64,000 nucleotides of DNA from Thermoplasmatota archaeon (GCA_025457865.1 JALOTP010000005.1:5596-69595), one strand, 5' to 3'. Counted from the stretch's first letter, positions 22,913-33,745 are shown. Made by a program: numbers and translations. The notes: generated from the letters alone by a model not told the origin.

Positions 22913-23088
22913 AGGAGGAACTGCTCCGGTAGGTCAACCAGTAGTCATGCCCTTAGAGGTAATAAACCTTCCTGATTTTTATATAATATCTGTCAAGTAT
23001 TGATATTTTATCCGCAGCAAGTGTCCCAAATCACAGTTCATGTAAGAAATTCAGAATAAAATGTAATATCTGGTCTATCAGACGATAT

Positions 23089-24012
23089 CTACCTGGTCTG
23101 CTCGAGCAACTCCCCTAAACCCTTGAGCTGCGCTCTGATCACATCATCGTCTGCTACTTGGGTCTCGTTCTCGGGGACTATCCTTATCCCCATATCGCCC
23201 TTCAATGTACCCTCGATTATCGTATCGGAAGTGGTCGTTATCGCCCTTCCTGCAAGGCTTCCCGATATCCTTGCGGCATGATGTACGATGATATCTTGAT
23301 AGGAACGGACATTACCATTTATCACGGTGTCCTCGCCTAGATATATACTCCCCTTCGAGATGATATCGCCGAAGACCTGAGTCTCCCTCTCCATCTCAAG
23401 CTTGCCCCCCGATTCGATGTTGCCGACGAGATGACAACCTGGTCCGATTCGCAGGTCCCCTGGAACAAAGATGCCATCCTTGAGGATACGGCTTCCCCTG
23501 GGGAAATATATGAACTCCCGGGATATCAGAAGCTCTTCTTCCGCCCCAGATTCGAGCTCTTTGAGGAAATCCTCCACACCCTTCTCATCTCCTTTTCTTA
23601 CAAGGTCGAGCAGATAAAGGAAGATGTAGATCAGCACCGATATCGGGTTCCTGATGCTAACGTGTCCTTTCGATTCAATGGCTTTTGGGTCGATCTGGAC
23701 CCCTTCACCAATTTCCATATTTGCGCCAACGACAAGTTCTCCGACAATGGTGCATCGTTCGCCGATGTATACGTCATTATCCCCTGTGATGTTACCGTTC
23801 ACCCTCGTTCCCTTGTCCACCCTGATATCGCCGATGGAGATAAGGTTCCCATCAATCTCAGCGTGCTCCCCGATGAATATCCTACCCTCCGTTATCACAT
23901 TCCTTGAAAACTTGCACCTATCGGATATTATCAGGTCCCCTTTGCCTCGGAGGGTCTTCTCCTCCACCAAGGTTCCCTTGGGTATGTGGCAGATATTCCG
24001 ATCGAACACCAT
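23089..24012 (-). CDS. Polymer-forming (bactofilin-like) beta-helical protein
   Basis: Two blocks of I.G.I/V.G short repeats separated by the hydrophobic segment NPISVLIYIFLYLL. Confidence 0.75.
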   Translation of the reverse strand: MVFDRNICHIPKGTLVEEKTLRGKGDLIISDRCKFSRNVITEGRIFIGEHAEIDGNLISIGDIRVDKGTRVNGNITGDNDVYIGERCTIVGELVVGANMEIGEGVQIDPKAIESKGHVSIRNPISVLIYIFLYLLDLVRKGDEKGVEDFLKELESGAEEELLISREFIYFPRGSRILKDGIFVPGDLRIGPGCHLVGNIESGGKLEMERETQVFGDIISKGSIYLGEDTVINGNVRSYQDIIVHHAARISGSLAGRAITTTSDTIIEGTLKGDMGIRIVPENETQVADDDVIRAQLKGLGELLEQTR

Positions 24013-24149
24013 GAAAGCGTCCCATTCCCCGTGACGATGATATCATGTATAAGGGAATAAATATAGCTTTTGTTCTTTTTGTTGAGCTGATATCGTGTAA
24101 AATGGGAAAGAGATCGGCTTTCTATGGTGGAGTATCGAACAATAGGGGA

Positions 24150-24608
24150 TCAGATGTCCAATAGGACCCTGGCCTTCCAAGCCCCATCCGTTGTCTCGAA
24201 GGAGGTGCCATGACGGGTTACTGCCTTGACCTCCATCCCCTGCTTTTCCGGTACTATGGAGACCTTGTACATCTTCCCCCTCATTGACATTTCCTTTTTA
24301 GGGTTGGAAGGGTCATCGAGGAGAACGAATTCCGGCAATAGTACGATATCACTGGCAGAATCAAGGAGGAAAAGGACCTCTGTAAGCATCAGTACCAGCA
24401 GTTCCTCATTGGACGTCGATGTGAAAGAGAGGTCCACTGGTCCTATGTCCTCTTCAAGGACATAGGCCTCAGAGATGGTCCCATAGAGCCCTGCTACCAT
24501 TCTTGATAGCACCTCTTGAGCGGAATTACCTCTGGCCGAGATCCATATATCGGCAGTATGGTCCCCGAACTCGAAGGAGCCCATATCGGGCTTGTAAACC
24601 GGACACAT
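24150..24608 (-). CDS. Archease
   Basis: DHTADI...EVKAVTRH...VLLDI. Confidence 0.93.
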   Translation of the reverse strand: MCPVYKPDMGSFEFGDHTADIWISARGNSAQEVLSRMVAGLYGTISEAYVLEEDIGPVDLSFTSTSNEELLVLMLTEVLFLLDSASDIVLLPEFVLLDDPSNPKKEMSMRGKMYKVSIVPEKQGMEVKAVTRHGTSFETTDGAWKARVLLDI

Positions 24609-24748
24609 GGGTCAGGAGTAACCCACAAAGGATAAAAAATATGCCATATGGGGTCCGAGCTGGGGTATCGTCAAGTATTTAGAGCTACATGCCAATCTTG
24701 TTCGCAAGGTCAGACTATTGAGAAAGAACGATATCTGGAGCGATTCGA

Positions 24749-25801
24749 TTGAGGCTGCTTGATAGGGATTACCAGGGTAACCGGGTCAGGTTAAGGGTCG
24801 ATGGTGTGGATGACCTCTGGTTCCTTGAAAAGCTTCTCTTGCCAGGGACCGTTCTGGGCTCCGAAACGCAGCGTCGGTTGGACCCAAAGCCCGATAAATT
24901 AAGACCAGACCGGACCGAACGTATCAGGGTATTCCTCCAGATAGGGGTCGAGGCAACCGAGTTCCAGGAGTTCAGGGATGTCCTTCGGGTCAAGGGAAGG
25001 ATCTTGGAGGGCCCTCCCGGGGTGGAAGGCCACCATACATTGGCCATTGGACCGGGAACGGTCCTGGAACTGACCTTTCCCGCCCTGACGGGGGTGGAAA
25101 TGGGAATAATCGATGAAGCGGTTGGAAGGTCATACGCACCCAAGGCACTGGCAGTTTACGTGGATGATAGGACCGAGCAGCTCTTCAGGCTCCACGACTA
25201 CGGGATAGAGGAACTTGGGTCCTCTGCTGAGGTCACTACCGGAAAGATGTTCGATGGTGGGACCTTGAACGGTCCTGCAAGGTTTGCCGAGATCACGACC
25301 ATGATAAAAGCGTACATCCAGAGCGATACACCCGTGGTCATAGTCGGTCCTGGGTTCTTCAAAGAGCTCCTTGGGACCCACTTGCGGAGCGAGCTTGGTA
25401 TTCCCCCGTCGCGATTTATAATGGCACCATCCTCCTCCAGCGGGAAGGGGGCTATCTTGGAGGTCATGACAAATTCCAAAGGCATCCCAGGCCTTCTTGG
25501 AACGCTGAGGTTATCACAGGAGATGGAACTCCTTAGGGATTTGATGGAAAGGATAGGGACTGGAGGTCTGGCAACTTATGGCAGGTCCGAGGTCCTGAGG
25601 TGTCTGGAGACCGGTGCGGTCGAACATCTACTGCTCTCTGAGGAACGGTTCGGCGAGGAAAGGGGCGGTCCTGTCATGGAGCGATGTCTCAGTACCGGTG
25701 CAAGGAGCACCATCATATCCGTAAGACATGAACCAGGTCGGATGTTCGCCCATATGGGTGGTATTGCAGCGTTGCTGCGATACCGAACGAACCCTATATG
25801 A
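24749..25801 (+). CDS. pelA: Pelota (Dom34/eRF1-like) ribosome rescue factor
   Basis: DDLWFL, LRVKGRI..G...GHHTL, VGPGFFK, YGRSEV...GAVEHLL, GGIAALLRY. Confidence 0.92.
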   Translation: MRLLDRDYQGNRVRLRVDGVDDLWFLEKLLLPGTVLGSETQRRLDPKPDKLRPDRTERIRVFLQIGVEATEFQEFRDVLRVKGRILEGPPGVEGHHTLAIGPGTVLELTFPALTGVEMGIIDEAVGRSYAPKALAVYVDDRTEQLFRLHDYGIEELGSSAEVTTGKMFDGGTLNGPARFAEITTMIKAYIQSDTPVVIVGPGFFKELLGTHLRSELGIPPSRFIMAPSSSSGKGAILEVMTNSKGIPGLLGTLRLSQEMELLRDLMERIGTGGLATYGRSEVLRCLETGAVEHLLLSEERFGEERGGPVMERCLSTGARSTIISVRHEPGRMFAHMGGIAALLRYRTNPI

Positions 25802-25869
25802 AACGATACTGCCATCCCCGCGAAAAAGCATAATTTTAATTAACACCTCCCACATCGACCGTTCGGTGC

Positions 25870-26817
25870 ATGCTCATGAGGATACTTATCACCGATGGAT
25901 TGGCCAAGGATGCTGTGAAGATGCTGGAGTCAGCTGGACATGAGATCGTGATGGATGAGGTCACACCCGAACGGCTGCTAGAGGTCGCCGGGGATTACGA
26001 CTGCATAATAGTCCGGTCCAGGTCCAAGATAACGAGGGCCGTTATCGAAAAGGGTTCCAAATTGAAAGTCTTAGCAAGAGCCGGGATAGGGGTCGACAAC
26101 GTGGACCTTAAGGCTGCCACTGAAAAGGGGATCAAGGTCGTGAACGCTCCGTTGGGGAGCACGATCTCTGTGGCAGAGCTGGCATTCGGTCACATGCTTG
26201 ACCTATCGCGTGGTATTACAAAAGGGACTGCGGCCCTAAAGCAGGGCAAGTGGTTGAAAAAGGAACTGAAAGGGTTCGAGCTGGAAGGTAAGACTGTAGG
26301 AATAATCGGATGCGGCCGTATCGGTCAGGCCCTTTCAGCAAGGTGCAAGGCCTTCGGTATGAAAGTGAAGGGGTTCGATCCATACCTTTCCCAGGAATCC
26401 GCGAAGAACGCGGGGATAGACCTGCTGAACCTCGATGACCTGTTGAAAGTTTCGGATTATATCTCCCTTCATGTTGCCCTCACCGATTCGACAAGGAAAA
26501 TGCTGAGCGCTCCGCAGTTCGCAATAATGAAGAAGAGCGCTTATCTGATCAATTGCGCAAGGGGAGGCGTGGTCGATGAGGACGCCCTCTATAACGCATT
26601 GAAGGAAGGTAGACTGGGCGGAGCAGGCCTTGATGTGTTCGAAACGGAACCGCCAGTGAACCCAAAGCTCATCGAACTTGACAATGTCACATTCACACCG
26701 CACATAGGCGCGAACACTAAAGAGGCACAGGACAAAGCAGGGGTCCAGGTAGCAGAACAGGTTTTGCTCTGCTTCTCGGGCAAGGAACCCGAGTTCTGGG
26801 TGAACAGACCCAAATGA
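25870..26817 (+). CDS. serA: D-isomer 2-hydroxyacid dehydrogenase, D-3-phosphoglycerate dehydrogenase-like (no ACT domain)
   Basis: IVRSRSK, RAGIGVDNVD, GCGRIG, INCARGGVVDE, DVFETEP, TPHIGANT. Confidence 0.85.
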   Translation: MLMRILITDGLAKDAVKMLESAGHEIVMDEVTPERLLEVAGDYDCIIVRSRSKITRAVIEKGSKLKVLARAGIGVDNVDLKAATEKGIKVVNAPLGSTISVAELAFGHMLDLSRGITKGTAALKQGKWLKKELKGFELEGKTVGIIGCGRIGQALSARCKAFGMKVKGFDPYLSQESAKNAGIDLLNLDDLLKVSDYISLHVALTDSTRKMLSAPQFAIMKKSAYLINCARGGVVDEDALYNALKEGRLGGAGLDVFETEPPVNPKLIELDNVTFTPHIGANTKEAQDKAGVQVAEQVLLCFSGKEPEFWVNRPK

Positions 26818-26822
26818 CCTCA

Positions 26823-27974
26823 CTATGAGAGGGACCTGTAAAGGTCCTCGAGCTCGGAAATGTGATCCTCTATCGTGTAGAGGTTACTATCTATCCTCAC
26901 AGACCTGATATCTTCAAGACCTGGCAGGTCATCGCCCCCGGTATAGGTTCGGCCAGTACCGGATCGTGAAATGAACATCTGCATAGACCTGGTCGGTGGT
27001 ACCAGGAGGCAAAGACCAGCTGCCAGATAATCGAACAGTTTATTTGGGAGCATCGTGTCCATGTACCCCCGATCGGCCCCGTACGGCAAAAAAGGGATCA
27101 GACCAGCATCATAGCGCGTGAGCACCGACATGAGCTCATCATGGGGAAGACTGCCTTCGAAATGATACCGTTTCAATCTTTTCTGAGGGGCTTTGAATAA
27201 CTTTAAGGTCCGTTCATCGCCCATTCCGTGGATATGGATGTGAACTCCCTTCCTCGCTATGTCCATGAAGAGCTGCAGCATGCGGCCCCTGTATCCGTCT
27301 GAAGATAGCACCCCTTCATAGACGATATGCAACTCCCCGTCAGTATCGGACAGCTTTTCTAAATGGGGCTTTAGGTCAGAACGCATAGCATAATTGTAGA
27401 AGAGGACCGAACCTTTTTGGGAAATTCCGTACTTCTTTTGTGCCAGCTCCCTGGTGTGTTCGGAGACATATACACGAGCGTCGCTATTAAGGGTGGCCTC
27501 CCTTTCTAAGGAGATGAGGCGTTCATAGATCGTTCGGAGAGCAAGCCATTTGATAGGAGGTATACCAAGCGCCCAAGGTGGTAGGTAATTACCTAACTGG
27601 ATATCCCGTTCGAACGCTGTGACCATATCGCGAACATCATAGACCTTGGGGATACGGGCATACCTTGATACCGCTACCGCCAGTACATCTGGCATACTGC
27701 ATGTGTGGACGATATCATGCTCCTTCGACCATGTTTCTTTCTCTACCAACTTCCTATAATACTGGGGAAAGAGCGTTGTTCGGAACTGATAGAGAGGATG
27801 GTGGGAGGTCCTTAAAAGCTCGAATCTCTTCCATCCATCCCCGATATCCGTGAGGTCTATGGAACCCCCTTTCCCCTGATATAGCAATGAGACCTCGTGT
27901 CCCCTGTCGCTTAAGGCCCTCATCTGCCTGTAGGTCCTCATCGAGAGGGCAGGAGTTAGGCAGAGGATGCGCAT
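26823..27974 (-). CDS. GT-B glycosyltransferase (GT4-like)
   Basis: YDVRD, DAGLIPF, PNKLFDYLAAGL. Confidence 0.82.
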   Translation of the reverse strand: MRILCLTPALSMRTYRQMRALSDRGHEVSLLYQGKGGSIDLTDIGDGWKRFELLRTSHHPLYQFRTTLFPQYYRKLVEKETWSKEHDIVHTCSMPDVLAVAVSRYARIPKVYDVRDMVTAFERDIQLGNYLPPWALGIPPIKWLALRTIYERLISLEREATLNSDARVYVSEHTRELAQKKYGISQKGSVLFYNYAMRSDLKPHLEKLSDTDGELHIVYEGVLSSDGYRGRMLQLFMDIARKGVHIHIHGMGDERTLKLFKAPQKRLKRYHFEGSLPHDELMSVLTRYDAGLIPFLPYGADRGYMDTMLPNKLFDYLAAGLCLLVPPTRSMQMFISRSGTGRTYTGGDDLPGLEDIRSVRIDSNLYTIEDHISELEDLYRSLS

Positions 27975-28041
27975 GCTCCATCATCCTGTGGTCACTATAT
28001 TAATTGATAGACAGACCTTTCCGACTGGAATGACCATCCCA

Positions 28042-29562
28042 CTATCGGTCCCTTTCGAATAATTCCATTGTTATGTAATTCATCATCTTCTTAATGTCCA
28101 TCGTATTCATGATGAAAGAAATGTCCTTTTTTGTCAATCCTTTGATAACAACGAGTATCACTATGAACGATAGGAGGGACAGAGCTGCGAACCCGATAAG
28201 CTCGTAGAACCTAGTTATTTCAAACAAAAGTTCCTGGAACAGGAAAAGTGTACATGCCGATATCCCTCCCGCGACGAGGTATCTAATCACGATGGTATTG
28301 ACCCCTATCTTGACAAGTCTGTGGGAAAGGGCCCTAGTCAGGATGTAATTGATGATGGCTGATATGAAGGTCGCAATCGCTGCCCCCACTGGCCCTAGCC
28401 CAAGGAGTCGTATGCCCAGGAAAGAGTCCGGAATGAATATGATGTTGAAGAAAACGTTCAACGGGACATATATCAGGGTCAGGAACAACGCATACGAGGT
28501 CTTATTGAAGCTCACGAAATGCGCGACATAGGGTCGGGTCAAGGCCCTCATCGTAACCCACCCCATCAAGAAGAAGAACACCCCCGCGGATGTATCGTAG
28601 CTGACATCCGAAAATATCACTATGAACGGTTTGGAAAGCGCGGCAAGAGTGAACGTCAAAGGTATAATGAAAAGGGATAGGTACTTCTCCGCCACCCTTG
28701 TCAGACGTTTGACTGTGCCAATGGAACCTATTGCTATCAAGGATGAAAAGGTCGGGAAGAGTATGTTCGTTACGACGGCTGTAAGCTCGTCTGGTAATTG
28801 TGCGAACTTCTGGGCGTTCCAGTAGATGGCAACATCTGCGTTCTCCCAGAAGAACTTGATCATGATCTTATCTATGAAAGCCACTATGGGGGCGGCGGTG
28901 ACGGTAATCATAAGCGGTAATCCGAACTTGGTATACTCCATGAAAAGGGACCAGGATGGTCTCTTTATGCGGATTCCCCGGAGAAGGAAAAAAGATACGG
29001 AGAATAGGACGATCGCTCCCGCAACATAGGTCAGGGATAGGGCGTAGACATCATTGTAATGCAATACAAGGACGATCGTAAGGGCGGATTGGACGAAAGT
29101 TGATAGGAGCAGTCCCAATTCGGCCTTGGCCACCAACTGTTTTCCCATAAAAGTGTTCATCGGTATCTGGGCCAGGTTCGTAAGGACGTACCAAAAGAGG
29201 AGGATGTATATGACCGGTCGGTCGTAGGCCGATTCGAAACCTTCCTTGGGATAGACCCCTTGATAGAACCAGATGGATAACAATATCAGGATCACTGTGG
29301 CGCTCAAGAGCACAACTTTTATGGTCAGATAAGTTCCAATGCAGGTTCCAAGGTCCTTACCCTCTGAAACCTTCTTGATGTGGGCTGTGGAATACCCTAG
29401 GTCCGCAAAGAGCCCCATCATGCCGATATAGGCCAGGGCGAATCCTATGGACCCGACATATCCTTGAAGGATGTGATTGGCGATGAAATACCAGCTGATA
29501 TACCCCATAAGGCTCATGAGCACCTTTGAGCCCATCATGAGAAAGGTCTTCCTGGCAAGCAT
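28042..29562 (-). CDS. Oligosaccharide flippase (Wzx/MOP family)
   Basis: Many TM helices; DLGY, IDKIMI, GPVGAAIAT. Confidence 0.9.
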   Translation of the reverse strand: MLARKTFLMMGSKVLMSLMGYISWYFIANHILQGYVGSIGFALAYIGMMGLFADLGYSTAHIKKVSEGKDLGTCIGTYLTIKVVLLSATVILILLSIWFYQGVYPKEGFESAYDRPVIYILLFWYVLTNLAQIPMNTFMGKQLVAKAELGLLLSTFVQSALTIVLVLHYNDVYALSLTYVAGAIVLFSVSFFLLRGIRIKRPSWSLFMEYTKFGLPLMITVTAAPIVAFIDKIMIKFFWENADVAIYWNAQKFAQLPDELTAVVTNILFPTFSSLIAIGSIGTVKRLTRVAEKYLSLFIIPLTFTLAALSKPFIVIFSDVSYDTSAGVFFFLMGWVTMRALTRPYVAHFVSFNKTSYALFLTLIYVPLNVFFNIIFIPDSFLGIRLLGLGPVGAAIATFISAIINYILTRALSHRLVKIGVNTIVIRYLVAGGISACTLFLFQELLFEITRFYELIGFAALSLLSFIVILVVIKGLTKKDISFIMNTMDIKKMMNYITMELFERDR

Positions 29563-29629
29563 CTAAGTCCAGTCTATACCAAAACTGAGGTGATTATTTA
29601 ATCATTCTCGTGTACTATATAAATGCTAG

Positions 29630-30733
29630 CTAGTATAGTTGGGCTATCACTCTTTTATAATGTGCCATCATTTTCTTTGATTCATCATTCCAATTGAATT
29701 TATCATAAACAAGGTTGATATTGTTATCTCTTATCATTTCTCGGTTATATTTACCATTCATCGCCCGGTTTAATAATCCGCTGAGGGATTCATAATCATT
29801 ACCATTAAAAACAAAACCGTTTTTATCCTCCACGATCAGTCCTTTATACGATTGGATATCACTCACAATAGGAATCACACCACAAGCCATGGACTCTAAC
29901 AGAGCTGCAGAGATCTGGTCATAAAGCGGTATTCCAATATAAAAGTCACTAGAATTATAATATCCGAGCATCCGCTCCTGCGATACTGTATCCTCAATGA
30001 AGATGATTTGAATAGGGTCTTTATCTATGATATTTTGAATAGACTTTTTCCTTTCATTAGAAGCATACCCCGCGAGGAGTATTAAATAGATTGTTTTATG
30101 AGTTCTTTTTAAAAGATTGAATGCTTGTATTATCAGCTCCGGCCTATAGATGTCATTGATCCCCCTGGGAGCAATGAAAAAGGATCCAGTAAGTGGCAGT
30201 CCGAGTTCACCCCTCCATTTTGTTCTATCACCCCGTTTGAAAAAATCGACATCTATACCCCAGGTAAAACAATCTAATTTATTTTTTGTGAAAGGGAATT
30301 TATTTTCAACTATCGCTTTCATTTGTTCGGACACTGTGAGAACCAAATCGGCACGATCCAGGTTCTTTCTAGCAAATTCATATCCTGGTGTTCCTTCGAC
30401 CAACTTAAAGATATCCGATCCCCAAATGCTAACAAAAAAGGGACTGAAATTCAATCTATATGTTAAGTATTGTGAGGCGTAATGCAGATGGACGATATCT
30501 GGTCTCTCTCTTGAGACGATTGACTTGACCTTCAAAGAGTTCAACTGTGTGGTTATTGTCCAATACAAAGGATAGCTATGGTCATGAGGATTAGGCAATT
30601 TATAGACCTTTGCAGTGGTAATATTCGTTTCCTTGTCCGTTACCAGGACGACATCGTTACCATTAGATGACAACCAATCGCACCATCGTTCAATATGGAT
30701 ACTATTTCCAGGGGCGATCAGGAGTATTTTCAT
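29630..30733 (-). CDS. GT4 family glycosyltransferase
   Basis: SIHIERW, PDIVHLH, WGSDI, WGIDVDFF, LLESMACG. Confidence 0.9.
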   Translation of the reverse strand: MKILLIAPGNSIHIERWCDWLSSNGNDVVLVTDKETNITTAKVYKLPNPHDHSYPLYWTITTQLNSLKVKSIVSRERPDIVHLHYASQYLTYRLNFSPFFVSIWGSDIFKLVEGTPGYEFARKNLDRADLVLTVSEQMKAIVENKFPFTKNKLDCFTWGIDVDFFKRGDRTKWRGELGLPLTGSFFIAPRGINDIYRPELIIQAFNLLKRTHKTIYLILLAGYASNERKKSIQNIIDKDPIQIIFIEDTVSQERMLGYYNSSDFYIGIPLYDQISAALLESMACGVIPIVSDIQSYKGLIVEDKNGFVFNGNDYESLSGLLNRAMNGKYNREMIRDNNINLVYDKFNWNDESKKMMAHYKRVIAQLY

Positions 30734-30846
30734 TTTTTCACACTCAAATCCAGATTTTTCGGGTTAGTTGATTCCAGAGCTAATATTTATTATATATATT
30801 CTGTTCAAAATTAATAATATAAAAAACACTTTTTTAAAGTTAGAAT

Positions 30847-31503
30847 TCATGATAGCACGCCCTTGATTTTTATGACCTTAGCCGGAATGCCTACCGCTGT
30901 TGAATATTCTGGGATATCGTTAATAACAACGGCCCCGGCACCGATTGTCGACCATTTTCCGATCGTTACATTTTGAATCAATTTTGCACCGGTTCCTAGC
31001 GTGACCCCAGTTCTTAAAATATTTCCACCATTTATAGCACATAATGGGTTAATATTGCAATAATCCTCAATAATGGCATCATGGCCTACGGTAGAGGATA
31101 GATTTAAAAAAACATGATTTCCGACAGTAATATTAACTGTCAATATGCAATTTGCAGTAATAACCGTTCCCTCTCCGATTTCAACGTTTTCGTTAATTTT
31201 CACACTCGGGTGAATTATCGTTTCGAACTTAATCGAATGTTCGGATAGTTTATCGACAATTTGTTTTTTTATATGGGGATCTCCTATACCTATGACATAT
31301 CTAATGTCTTCAGCTCTATTTTGAACTATCCAATCTGATCCACCGATTATTTGATAACCATTGATCGTGGTCCCATGCAACTTTTGATTATCGTCGAAGA
31401 AGCCGATTATATTAAATTTATCATCTATTAAATTGATATGTTCAACGACCATAATTGTTTCCCGTCCTAGTCCACCAGCTCCTATAACACCTAATTTAAT
31501 CAT
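30847..31503 (-). CDS. Sugar N/O-acetyltransferase, PglD/NeuD family
   Basis: GAGGLGRE, GFFDD, IIHPS, hexapeptide repeats, VGHD, VGIPAK. Confidence 0.93.
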   Translation of the reverse strand: MIKLGVIGAGGLGRETIMVVEHINLIDDKFNIIGFFDDNQKLHGTTINGYQIIGGSDWIVQNRAEDIRYVIGIGDPHIKKQIVDKLSEHSIKFETIIHPSVKINENVEIGEGTVITANCILTVNITVGNHVFLNLSSTVGHDAIIEDYCNINPLCAINGGNILRTGVTLGTGAKLIQNVTIGKWSTIGAGAVVINDIPEYSTAVGIPAKVIKIKGVLS

Positions 31504-32603
31504 TTATTCCCCCTCGTTATTATTGATTTTGTAATAAATTCAATCTCCTCTTTTTCCATATAATTGTAGATAGGTAAAGAAAGGACATTATTTGAGACAA
31601 TATCCGTTATTGGCAATCTAACATTCACATCTCTATATGCATTCAATCTATGGACCGGTGGGTAGAAATATTTTTTAACTCCAATACCTGCATCGGTCAA
31701 TTCTCTTCCTAATTGGTCTCTATCTGATCCAAACTTATTTTTATTAATAATTATTGAAAAATCCTTATGAGAACTAATATGTTCAGGTGGTATTTTCTGA
31801 AATGAGAGTCCCGGGATTCCATTCAACTCATTTTTATATAGTTTTACATATTCATTCCTATTAGTTACGAATTTATCTATGTCATCAACTTGGGATAGGC
31901 CAATTGCCGCATGTACCTCTGACATACGTGCATTCAGTCCCGGAATCTCAGATTCATAATTTTTATCCAGCCCGTAATTTCGCATTATTCTAAGTTTTTC
32001 AGCCAACTCATCATCATCGGTAGTAATAATACCCCCTTCCACAGATGTAATGAGCTTTGTTGGACTGAGGCTGAATACTTCGGGTATACCTAAGTTACCA
32101 CATTTTTTTCCATGGTATGATGCCCCGATCGCATGGGCAGCATCGATGATAAGAGGTATACCCTTTTCCTCGGATATCTCCTTTAGTTTATTGACATGGA
32201 CTGGATTCCCGTACATATGGACCGCAAGGATTGCCCCCGTCCTATCGTTTACTCTCTCTCTAACCTTCGTCGGGTCAAGTGTGAAGGTATCGTCAATATC
32301 AGCGAAGGCTAACCTGTTCGAGGTCCAATACGCACTTGCAGCGGTCGCTGCGAACGTAAAGCTCGGAAGGACCACCTCCTTGCCTCTGACCCCAAGGGCC
32401 TCCAATACAAGCATCAGTCCTGAGGTGGCACTTGAGACCGCTACCACGTTCCTTGTCCCCAGAAGACCTTTTATAGAGTCCTCAAACCTACTCGTATAGT
32501 TGTTCACGTTGGTCAGCATATTGCTCGAAAGGATCACTCTCAGGTCAGGCATCAACGAATCCACATATCTGTTCACATTCGGTCGTATGATGGGGCTAAT
32601 CAT
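31500..32603 (-). CDS. DegT/DnrJ/EryC1/StrS PLP-dependent sugar aminotransferase
   Basis: SSATSGL, PSFTFAAT, IDAAHAIG, FSLSPTKLITSVEGG, GLNARMSE. Confidence 0.95.
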   Translation of the reverse strand: MISPIIRPNVNRYVDSLMPDLRVILSSNMLTNVNNYTSRFEDSIKGLLGTRNVVAVSSATSGLMLVLEALGVRGKEVVLPSFTFAATAASAYWTSNRLAFADIDDTFTLDPTKVRERVNDRTGAILAVHMYGNPVHVNKLKEISEEKGIPLIIDAAHAIGASYHGKKCGNLGIPEVFSLSPTKLITSVEGGIITTDDDELAEKLRIMRNYGLDKNYESEIPGLNARMSEVHAAIGLSQVDDIDKFVTNRNEYVKLYKNELNGIPGLSFQKIPPEHISSHKDFSIIINKNKFGSDRDQLGRELTDAGIGVKKYFYPPVHRLNAYRDVNVRLPITDIVSNNVLSLPIYNYMEKEEIEFITKSIITRGNK

Positions 32604-32612
32604 ATTAAGGCC

Positions 32613-33569
32613 TCATGGTTGGTAATTGTAATACTTTGGTGACCGAGGATTGATGTTCATCTCTCTTATCCAGGCGGAGATCTCCCGGATGGTGGGTTCG
32701 ATGCCTATGGTCAGTCCAAATCCTTTTCTTTCTATACTATTGAAAGAGACCCTATAGGACCGAGGGTCTTTCACCTGGGATACGTATTGAATGTCAGCTT
32801 CCGGGAACACCCTTTCGAATATCTTACCAACCTCCTTCATCTGGTAGTTCTCGGAAGTGGAACCTACATTATAGGTCCCTCCTTTGAATGACTGGTGGTT
32901 TGTTAGGGCGAAGAGAAAACACCTGGCCGCATCATGAACATGAAGGAAAGGCCTCCATTGATCACCCCCGAAGATCAAGGCCTTGTTCTCCATCATTATC
33001 TTGCCGGTAAGGTAATTGATCACTAGGTCGAACCTTGGCCGTGGCGATAGTCCGTACAAAGTCCCCAATCTGAGTATAATCGGTTCGAACTTTGGGGTGG
33101 TCAGGTCCATGATCCCTTTTTCGGCCAATAGCTTCGTCTCCGCATAAAGGGATTGAGGTCTGAGCTCTGAACCTTCATCGAGAATTCCATCCTTGGCCCC
33201 GTAGACACTGCAGGTGGAGGCGAAAATGAACGTATTGATACCTTTATCCCTAGCGGACATTGCGATCCTTAATGAAGAAAGATAGTTCGTTTCGACAGCC
33301 TTGTCCGCCTGGACCGCACAAGCGGGATCACCTACGATGGCAGCAAGGTGGACGATAGCGTCGATCTCGTTCAATCCCTTCAGGACGTCAGCAGGGTTTC
33401 TGATATCACCAGGATAGATTTCCAGTTCTTTCCTTGGCATGATATCTCTTAGCGGATCGAAACCGTAATTGAACGTATCCATGACCCTTACCTGGTGACC
33501 ATCCTCTAGAAGCATTCTTACCAGTATCGAGCCTATGAAACCGGCACCACCCGTTACAAGGACACGCAT
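32613..33569 (-). CDS. NAD-dependent nucleotide-sugar epimerase/dehydratase
   Basis: VTGGAGFIGS, HLAAIVGDPAC, ASTCSVYG, YAETK; ORF extends up to 33599. Confidence 0.93.
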   Translation of the reverse strand: MRVLVTGGAGFIGSILVRMLLEDGHQVRVMDTFNYGFDPLRDIMPRKELEIYPGDIRNPADVLKGLNEIDAIVHLAAIVGDPACAVQADKAVETNYLSSLRIAMSARDKGINTFIFASTCSVYGAKDGILDEGSELRPQSLYAETKLLAEKGIMDLTTPKFEPIILRLGTLYGLSPRPRFDLVINYLTGKIMMENKALIFGGDQWRPFLHVHDAARCFLFALTNHQSFKGGTYNVGSTSENYQMKEVGKIFERVFPEADIQYVSQVKDPRSYRVSFNSIERKGFGLTIGIEPTIREISAWIREMNINPRSPKYYNYQP

Positions 33570-33745
33570 ATGGTCACCAGAACCGTTCACCTTTATCATA
33601 TCGATATTTATATATTCATCTCAAGGCCCAAAAATGGGAAATGGGGGCAGGATATTGTGGACCATGCTATTGCATTGGGTGCTTTTGGACCCTTTTTTCG
33701 GTAAAGGATATAGGCTCGGATTGGCAATGGAGGTCCGGTGCGACC

